DNA of 60,000 nt from Mobula hypostoma. Taxonomy: Eukaryota. The position numbers and the translations under genes were made by a program. The DNA is taken from assembly GCF_963921235.1 (NCBI RefSeq), contig NC_086108.1:81594001-81654000 (forward strand), given 5' to 3'. This document shows positions 50,416 through 60,000 of the stretch, piece by piece; position 1 is the first letter of the stretch, and every line of letters begins with the position of its first letter. Below the pieces are notes generated by a model. That model worked only from the letters and a program-made list of their open reading frames with translations, was not told the origin of the DNA and made no database searches.

Positions 50416-53400
50416 GATAGGAATAGAATGAGCTGGCAAATGAATGGATGGCTGAAGAATTGGAACAGGGGCCTGGGATTCAGATTTCTAGATAATTGGG
50501 ACCTCTTCTGGGGCAGGTGGGACCTTTACAAAAGGGACGGGTTGCACTTGAATCCGAGGGGGACCAATATCCTTGCAAGTAGGTTTGCTAAAGCTGTTGG
50601 GAGTGGTTTAAACTAATAAGACTGGGGGACAGGAACCAGTATGGTAGAGCTAAGGATGAGCCAGCAGGTTTACCAGTAGATGATGGATGTAACATGAATG
50701 TAAGGAAGGACAAGCCAATGATTGGGTACAAATGCAGACAATGCAAAGAGTTAAAATGTACGACAGAGGCAGAATTCAAAAGGTGAAGAATGCAGGACTG
50801 AAGGTGCTGTATTTAAATGCATGTAACATTCAGAATAAGGTGGACAAACTTGTGGCGCAATTAGAGTATGACATTGTGGGCATCACTGACTGAAAGAAGG
50901 TCATAGTTGGGAGCTTAATATCAAAAGGATACACTTAGTATCAAACGGACGTGCAGGGAGGTATAGGTGGTGGTGTGGCTCTGTTGGTAAGAAATGGAAT
51001 TACATCTTTAGAAAGAGGTGACATAGGGACAGAGAATGTTGAATCTTTGTGGGTGGAGTTAAGAAAATGCAATGGTTAAAAAAAAAATTATGGGAATCAT
51101 ATATAGGCCTCCAAATAGTAGCCAGGTTGTGAGGTTGAGATTGCAAAGGGAGCTGGAAAGGATATGTCATAAGGGTACTGTCACAATTGTAATGGGGGAC
51201 ATCAATATGCAAGCGGATTGGGATAATCAGGTTGGTGTCGAATTGCAAGAGAGGGAATTTATTGAATGCCTACAAGATGGATTTTTAGACCAGCCTGTGC
51301 TTGATCCAACCTGGGAAAGGCTATCTTAGATTGGGTATTGTGTAATAACCCAAATCTTATTAGGGAGCTTAATGAAATGGAATGCTTAGGAGGCAGTGAT
51401 CATGGTATGATTGAATTCGTCCTGCAATTTGAGAGGGAGAAGCAGAACTCACATGTATCAGTATCACAATGGAATAAAGGGAATTTCAGAGGCATGAGAG
51501 AGGAGCTTGCCCAGGTGGATTGGAGGGGGATACTGGGGGAATGATGGGAGAGCAGAGATGGCTGAGTTTTCCAGGAATAGGTCACAATGCACTGAATAGA
51601 AGTAGAAGTTCTCAAAGGGCAGGGGTAGGCAATCATGGCTGACAAGGGAAATTAAGGACTGCATAAAAGCCAAGGAAAGGGCATATAATGTAGCAAAAGT
51701 GAGTGGGAAATTGGATGATGGGAATTTTAATTAAAGGCAACTAAAAAAGGCATAAGAGGGGAAAAGAAGAACTATGGCAAACTAGCGAATAATATAAAGG
51801 AAGATACCAAAAGTTTTTTCAGTTATATTAAGAAGGAGGTGAAAGTTGATATTGCACCACTGGAAAATGATGCTGGTGAGGTAGTAATGGGGGACAAAGA
51901 AGTGGCAGATGAACTTAACAAGTACTTTGCAAAAGTCTTCACTGTGGAAGACACTAGCTGTGTGCCAGAGGTCAGTGAGTGTCAGGAAGCAGGAGTGAGT
52001 GCCATTGTTATTACAAAGGAAAATGTGCCAGTGAAACTGAAAGGTCTTAAGGTGGATAAGTCAACTGGACCAGATGAACTACATCCCGGAGTCCTGAAAG
52101 AGGTTGCTGAAGAGCTAACAGATGCATTGGTTATGATCTTTCAAGAATCACTTGATTCTAGCATGGTTCCAAAAGACTGGAAAATTACAAATGTCACTCC
52201 ACTCTTTAAGAAGGGAGGAAAGCAAAAGAAAGGAAATTATAGGCCAGTTAGCCTAACCTCAGGGGTTGGGAAAATGTTGGAATCTATTATTAAGGATGAG
52301 ACTAATGATAAACTAAGTCAAAATCAGCAGGGTTTCTGTAAAGGGAAATCTCTCCTGACAAATCCGTTCTTCGAGGAAGTAACAAGCAGGGTGGACGAAG
52401 TAAAGGCAGTGGATGTCATTTACTTGGACTTTCAGAAGGCATTTGATAAGGTGCCACACATGAAGCTGCTTAACAAGATAAAATCCTAAGGTGTTACAGG
52501 AAAGATACTGGCATGGATAGAGGAATGGCTACCAGGCAGGAGGCAGCAAGTGGAAATAAAGGGGGCCTTTTCTGGTTGGCTGCCAGTGACTAGTGGTGTT
52601 CCTCAGAGGTCAGTATTGGGACCGCTACTTTTCACATTGTCAATGATTTAGATAATGGAATTGATGGCTGCGTGGCAAGGTCTGCTATGATACGAAGACA
52701 CGTGGAGGGGTAGGTAGTGCTGTGATTGCAGAAGGACTTAGACAAATTGGAAGAATGGGTAAAAAAAAGTGGCAGTGTTTGGAATGTATGATGATGCGTT
52801 TTGGTAAAAGGAACAATAGTGCAGACTATTATCTAAATAGGGAGAAAATTCAAACATCAGAAGTGCAGAGGGACTTAGGAGTCCTCGTGCAGGACCCCCA
52901 GTAGGTTAATTTGCAGGTTGAGTCTGCGGTAAAGAAGGCAAATGCAATGTTGGCATTTATTTCAAGGAGAATAGAATATAAAAACAAGGAAATAATGCTG
53001 AGCCTTTATAAGACACTAGTCATGCCACACTTGGAGTATAGTCAACAGTTCTGGGCCCTATATCTCAGAAAGTATGTGTTGTCATTGGAGAGTCCAGAGG
53101 AGGTTCATGAGGATGATTCCAGGAATGAAGGGGCTAACATATGAGGAGCATTTGGCAGCTTCGGGCCTGTACTCACTGAAATTTACAAGAATGCAGGGGG
53201 ATCTCATTGAAACCTACTAAATGTTGAAGGGACTTGATAAGATGGATGTGGAGAGGATGCTTCCTCTAGTGAGGGTGTCCAGAACTAGAGGACACAACCT
53301 CAAAATTGAGGGGTGACCCTTTAGAACTGAGGTAAGGAGAATTTGTTTTAGCCAGAGTAGAGAATCTGTGGAATGCTCTGCAATAGACTGTGGTGGAGGC

Positions 53401-53582
53401 CAAGGCCATGGGTATATTTAAAGTGAAAATTAATAAGTTTCCTGATGGCCAGGGCATCAAAGGTTATGATGAGAAGGCAGGTGTATGAGGTTTAGTGGGT
53501 TCCGGGATCAGCCATGATGGAATGGTGGAGAAGATTCAATGGGCTGAATGGCCTACTTCTGCTCCTATGTCTTATGCTCTTA
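50416..53582 (+). mobile_element. CR1 LINE (end of ORF1 plus ORF2), same family as 24597-28207
   Basis: DGLHLN, YRPPNS, GGSDH, YLDFQKAFDKVPH; colinear with the other copy. Confidence 0.93.
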
Positions 53583-55256
53583 AGAGAACAAAAGATTTTG
53601 TGGAGGTGGTGAGAACGAGAGTAAAGAGAAGACGGTGAGAGATGCAGATATTCCTTTTTACGACTGATAGTGAAGTGTACAACTCAGAACCTGTGAATAT
53701 GCAATCAAAGGAACATCTTCAGTATTCTGAATATCTAAAGGCAGCACTTACAACAGACCTTTTACCCTGATGTTAAAGGTTCACTTTCAACTTTTCCCTT
53801 GTTCATTTGCACCCTGACATGTATAATAAACTTTATTTGAGGAAATGAATTTAAGAGAAATGTTGCTCACTAGGGGCAATTTACAGTGGCCAATTAACCT
53901 ATTAACCAGCACACCTTTGATATGTGAGAGAAAACCAGGGCACCCTGAGAAAACCCATGTTGTCACAGAACGAACATTCAAACTCCACACAAGTATCTGT
54001 CAGGATTGTGCTATGTTAATTGGCCATAACAGTAGTGATACCTATTGAAAGTAGAGCCCTTCATTCTATGCCTAAGTTGGACCTAATGAAAAGTTAATGA
54101 CCTGAAACGTTAACTATATTTTACATTTTATTGGCATTGCCTGATCTAAGTTTTCCGTTACTCTCTGAAGTTTTGAGCATCTGCATTAGCTTGCTTTTGT
54201 ATTATCTTGTGATGAAATGCATTTCTGTTTCTTTCTTTCCTGAATCAGGAAAATATTAGATACTTATTAGACTCATGAGAAATATTAAGGTCACTGGGTA
54301 GAACTCCTGTACAATTTCTCAAATATTCCTTTGGTATCTGAGAAGATAAAGGGCCTTTTCTGATATTCAGAGTCTCTTGAGAGTATAACACTCCCTCAGT
54401 GTCAGTTTACCATGTGGTCAAGTTTTAGGAGTGGTCCCTGACTCAGAGAGGTGGTTTCTACACATTAACTAATAATGTGTTTTATTGTCCAAGTATTATA
54501 ATGAGGGAGGATAACATTTGCAGCAAAAGTGTGCTGAACATAAATTAATATTGTCCTATCCCCAAAGATTTTCTGTAAACAGACCTAAAATGTGTAACAG
54601 TTAGATTGGAAACAGTTATGTCTCTTCACATGCATAAATGTAGAATAATGGAAGAGTTTTATTACGTGATAGAATATCTTTTGCTCTCTCCCTCTTCGGA
54701 AGCAGTAAATGTTGGATACGATATAGGTCCTGTGTGTCCCATGTTCTGAAATTCCAGATGTCTCGGCTCAGCCTCTGTCAAATCCTGGAGAGAAAGTGAT
54801 GTTAAAGGATAACAGCACATTGGTTATAAAAACAGATTATGTTCTGTATTATACAGCAAGCAAGTACTTACTGTATATGTGCTGGAAGTGAGAATGGGAT
54901 ACAGTGGGTAACAGATAGCAATACGTATGCTGTGTAAATCACACCATGTACTGTATATTGTAACTGGTATAGGGCTCCAGCTTATGAATGCCCAACTTAA
55001 TGCACAGCCCATTCACGTGAGTAAGAGTATGCGAGACTGATAGGATGGATTTGCTGCAAGGTTTCAGGCCTCTTCCCAAACCTGAGGAAGACTTGCATAC
55101 TGTATATGTCAGTTTTTAACCAAAGTGTTTACTTTTTGGATTAATAAATATATTGAGTCATTATCAACAAATTATACCCATCAAGTACTGACCAAAATGT
55201 CTTGAATACATCAGGGCAGGTAACTTGAAATATTCTATATGACTATTCCCCATGTA

Positions 55257-55499
55257 CAGAAAACCCCCACCTTAATGCCATTTGGGTTACAGAAATATGC
55301 CCACACAGAATTCACAAATCAATACCCAACATTTTTAAATACAGAATAAAAATTTGCTCTCACAAAGGTTATGTGAGAAAAGTATTGACAAAACTTAAAA
55401 AAAAAACATTTCTGGATACATGCACAGATGCTGTGTATTGTCTTAGAGAAAACCATGATTCCCCACAACACCCCCATCCTCAGACATAGACCTCATCTG
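55257..55499. mobile_element. Second copy of the old Tigger-like MITE
   Basis: TA-CAG...CTG-TA ends; internal similarity to 12421-12654. Confidence 0.55.
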
Positions 55500-56157
55500 T
55501 ATGCAGCATGTGATTTTAAAGTTTCCTCTATAGAATGACTTGTATACATCAGACAAATCAGCATATTGCAAGTGCAGTGATCAGCACGCATCGGCACAGA
55601 ACAGCAGAAGTACACTCGATGAGATACCAGAGTTCTGTACTTGGCAAGTGTAATCACAGTTCCACTTATGGGAAGAACATTGACTTTCTTGTGTAAGGAG
55701 TACGTTTTCCAAAAGGCATGTTTAATTCCTCCTTGGTGTATGCAAAGCATGTAACACAAAAATGGTATCAGCTTAGAATGTGGTAATGCTTTGAAGATCT
55801 CCTCGGATGCGCATTCTTGAGATTAGATACCAGTGAAAAATGCCTTTTTGCAGACCTTCTGTCTCTGTCTTTGAGATGTGTGCTGAGGCCAAGGGTCACG
55901 AGAGATAAGGGGATATGGAGTGGTATCATAATTGAATGGAAAACATTCAATTATGGGTTAAGGATTATAAACACAGAGATTGTGCAGATGCCAGAAAATC
56001 TGATGTAGTCCTCTTGAGGGTTTCAGCCCAAAACATCATCTGTTTATTTCCTTCCATAGATGTTGCCTGAGTTCCTCCAGCGTTTTGTGTGACATAAGAG
56101 TTTTCAAAAGGTATAAATAGGGGCAACTTCTTTGTAAAAGTTGAAACCTTCTCATAG

Positions 56158-56243
56158 GCAAGAGTGAGAGGAACAGTGAGAGAGGGAAGAAGAGCAAGAG
56201 AGAGAGAAAGAGGGGGACAGTGAGAGAGAGGGGGAGAGAGACA
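56158..56243. repeat. GA-rich simple repeat
   Basis: Imperfect (GA)n run. Confidence 0.8.
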
Positions 56244-58048
56244 AGAATATTTCAGTAAGGACGGGAGGGTAAGGTAAGGGAACCTTGGCTAAAGAAGTAG
56301 TAAATTTAGTCAAGAAGAAAATCTAAACCTATGTAAGGTTTAGGAAACTTTTATTAAGCAGAACCCATTAAGATTATAACAGTGCCAGAAAATAATTCAA
56401 GAAGGGAATTAGGAAAGCCAGGAAGGGCCATGAAAAATCCTTGGCAAGTAGGATTAAAGAGAATCTCAAGACATTCTTAACATACATCCAGAGCAAGGGG
56501 ATAACTGGTGAATGGCAGAACTACTCGAGGTATAGGAGGGAACATGTGCTTCGAGGCAAAGGCGAGGGTGATCCTAAATGAATACTTTGCATCTGGATTT
56601 ACCAAGGAAAATGACATGGATAATAGGTAATTATATGTGGAAGTGCTAATATGCTCGGGTGTTTCGTGATAAAGAAGGTAGTAGTGGGTCTCTTAAGGAA
56701 CTTAAGTCCCCAGGGCATGATGACATTCCCAAGTTATTGAGTGAGGCAAGACACATGATTGTTGACCAATATCCTCTCACCCTCTCTAACCATGGGTGAG
56801 GTCCTGTAAGATGAACAAATAGCTAATATTGTTCCATTATTCAAGAAGAGAAATGGGATATTCCTGTAAACTATAGACCGCTGAGGCTCATACCAGTGGT
56901 AATGAAGCTACTGGAGCAGATTCATAGGGATTGGACTTAAGCATTTGGAAAACCATAGGAACAGTCAGTATGGATTTGCACAAGGCAACTTATGATTGAT
57001 GAAAATAGGACTGTGGATTTTGCTTACATGGATTTTAGTCAGATGTTTGATAAGGTTCCTTATGACAGACTCATTCAGAAGATTAAAATGAATGGGATCC
57101 ATAATGAATTGGCAGTTTGGATAGAGAATTGGCTTGCCCATAGAAGACAGGAGATAGTTGCCAATGGGACAATTCTTGCTGGAGGTCTGTGACCAGTTAT
57201 GTTCCACAGGGATTTGTATTAGGACCTCTGCTGATTGCGAGATATACATGTGTGACCATGATGCAGATGGATGGGTTAGCATGTTTGCAGACAATACAAA
57301 GATTGGTGGTATTATAGTACAGAAAACTGGCAAAGCATGATATATGATGTAGATCAATTGCAGATATGGACAGAGAAATGGCAGATGGAGTAAACCGCTG
57401 CTGCCTGCAAGTTTGTATGTTCTCCCCGTGACCGCGCAGGTCTCTTCCGGATGCTCTGGTCTCCTCCCACAGTTAATTGATCATTGTAAATTGTCCCATG
57501 ATTAGGTGAGGGTTAAATCAGAGATTGCTGGGCGGCATGGCTCAAAGATCTGGAAGGGCCTACTCCACACTCTATCTGAATAAAATAAACTGCAAGGTTT
57601 TGCAGTTTGAGAAATCAAACATAAAGACAAAGTACACAGTTAATGGCAAGACCCTTAACAGTGTTGATTTGCGGAAAGATCTTGGAGTTTAAGTCCATAG
57701 TTCCCTGAAAGTGGCCACGTAGGTTGATAGGGTGGTAAAAAAGTCTTCCGCATTATAGTAAGGATGTTGAGGCTTTGGAGAAGGTGAGAAGAGGTTCACC
57801 ATGATGCTATCTAGATTAGAGGTCACGTACTATAAGGAGGGGTTGGACAGCCTTGGGTTAGTTACTCTGGGGCAGTGAGGGCTGTGGGGAAATCTGACAG
57901 AAGTTTATGAGGTATGAAAAATATTAACAGAATAGACAATCAGGGTTGAAATGGCTAATACCACAGGACATATATTTAAGGCATACGTTTAATGGAAGTG
58001 GTGAGTGGCTGGCATGCACTGCCTGGGGTGGTGGTGGAGGCAGATACA
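56240..58048 (+). mobile_element. Old CR1 ORF2 with a nested SINE
   Basis: YMDFSQMFDKVPY, MFADNTKIGG. Confidence 0.8.
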
Positions 58049-60000
58049 AAGTTCAAGGTATATTTATTATCAAATATATATATACATATATGTCACCATA
58101 TACAACCCTGGAATTCATTTTCTTGTGGACACTCAATAAATCCAATAACCATAATGGAATCAAAGAAAGACCACACAAGCAGGTTGAACAAAATGTGTGC
58201 AAAAGGCAACAAACTGTTCAAATACAAAAAAAGAAAACAATGAAATAATAATAATAAATAAATAACTGGTATCACTATTACAGTCAGGAACACAAGTTCA
58301 GGCACAGCTAAGCTAAAATAAAACAGAAAATGCTAGGTACAGTACATGCAGCAAGGCTAGCCAGGGTCTGCAAACAGCAAATCAGAATTCACATTTCATT
58401 TCAAGTGAAAGGTTATTAACCTAAAACATTGGCTGTTTCTTCCCCCTAAAGATGCTGCCTGAACTGCTGAGTATTTCCCAGATTTTCTGCTGTATTTCAG
58501 CGGCCTAAAACAAGCACTTGGCTCTGAAACATGGAACTTCAGTCCAAATTGTGCTGTGTCAAGTGTAGAAAAGTCTTGGGCCTGTTTTGCTGCTTGTGTG
58601 TGTTTAGTTATTTTATAACTCGAGCTGAGGGGTGTAAGCTGTGCCTCTTCTGATGAATTGTACAAGTGCAGTCCCCATGACAACAGGTGCTGATGTGCCT
58701 CTCCTAGTTACACAGTTTTCCCATGACACCTACAAGCGCCTCTTGGCTCCAAACTGCTGTTGTTTTATTCATCACTCCCCACACCCCCACAGCCTTCTGG
58801 ATGGATGATAACTTGGAGGGACAATGACTGTGGAGCAGACAACTCTCAGTTGGAGTGACAGGGAAAAGTAAGCCAGCTGTACACCCAAGATCCAACTTCG
58901 GGTCTTTTCAGTTGTGTCGCTGGGTCTAATGCAATCCACTGTCATTCTAACAATGTTGAACATAGTTGCAAAGAAGTAACATTGGTAGTTAGATTAACAA
59001 ATATTGTAGAGAAATTGTTAGAAACTATTTTTTAAAAAAAACAGTATAGCAGAGCATTTCAAGATAATGGTATTGTGACAGGAAAATCATGTTTGAACAA
59101 ATTATTGGAGTTTCACAGGTGTTCTACAAAACCATTTCCATCAACCGGGAGCCTGGATCCCACACTCACTGTGGTCCTAGTTCCTGTGTTCATATGGACC
59201 TCATCAGAGCTTCCAACCCTGTGTTCTGCTGAAACTCATCTTTATTTTCTTTATGCTCCCTTTAAAGTCACTGGGTTCACTGGAAAATTTGTTCTTCCAC
59301 AGTATAACATTAAAAAATAAAAGTATATTGGAGTATCAATTAGAATCACATCTTAAAAAAGCTCCAAGTTATGATTTGCCTCCCCCTACATTTGAAAATT
59401 AATTTTCTTGAGAATTAACATTGGTACAGGATAGACTCACAAGTAGAATAAAGGGAGATGAACTTTCCTGCTGCCTCCTACTTAAAAAGTGACAGAAATC
59501 AGATGCTGGGAGTAAATGTACATTGCAGCATAACTAACCAAAACCCTAGAAATAATCAAATTATTTTTATTGATCATTTCAGACTGTATTAAAATAAAGT
59601 GAAAGGCATCTGAGGTATTCAGTCTTCATTACATGTGCTTCAAATTGAAATATTATCACCATTTAATTACATCTATATCATGTCTCTGGTCAAACAAATA
59701 ACCATTTGTCATTACAGTTAAACATAAGACAGCAGTTCAAAACCGTATTTCCTTTTGAACATCCGTATAATGTATTGACATTGAAATCAGTGCTGACATT
59801 AATGGGAAAAGTCTAGATGGGATTTACTTCTCCACTACCCTCCTCCGTCACAGAACTATCATCCTGCTATGGTAAGACAAAATGCTCCTCACCTCCTCCC
59901 AGAAGTACACACCTTTTCAATCAAATTAGCTCATAGGTTACTTCTCATACGCTGAGGAATCATACAAAATGGTCAGATTGAGCACTGACTGCAGTTTAAA

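Noticed and set aside
51839..52489. 216-aa ORF as an active reverse transcriptase
   Set aside because: Fragment of a CR1 copy with many stops, frameshifts and a broken catalytic FADD motif.
55493..55950. Short ORFs as a neuropeptide precursor exon
   Set aside because: No signal peptide or NPY/kisspeptin-like core in the frames read.

Overview
Vertebrate genomic window, very probably from a cartilaginous fish (ray/shark), inferred from its CR1, V-SINE/HE1-like, Penelope and Tc1 repeats. It holds one intact gene: a five-exon kisspeptin receptor (KISS1R/GPR54, Kissr2 clade) on the minus strand, CDS 32599->1752, 1092 nt, 363 aa, with a CpG-rich TATA/E-box/CCAAT promoter near 33.2 kb. Most of the rest is nested transposon debris: CR1, Rex1/Babar, L1, RNase H-bearing I/Nimb-like and RTE LINEs, Penelope fragments with minimal hammerhead ribozyme motifs, two solo LTRs, and Tc1, Tigger-like and hAT elements. 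About 4 kb of C/T-rich satellite lies in intron 1. The main unexpected signal is a multi-exon, same-strand, decayed protein-coding gene inside intron 4 (about 10455->2323). Its exons join in phase only after transposon insertions are removed at their target-site duplications (TSDs). No database searches were run; family names come from motif recognition.
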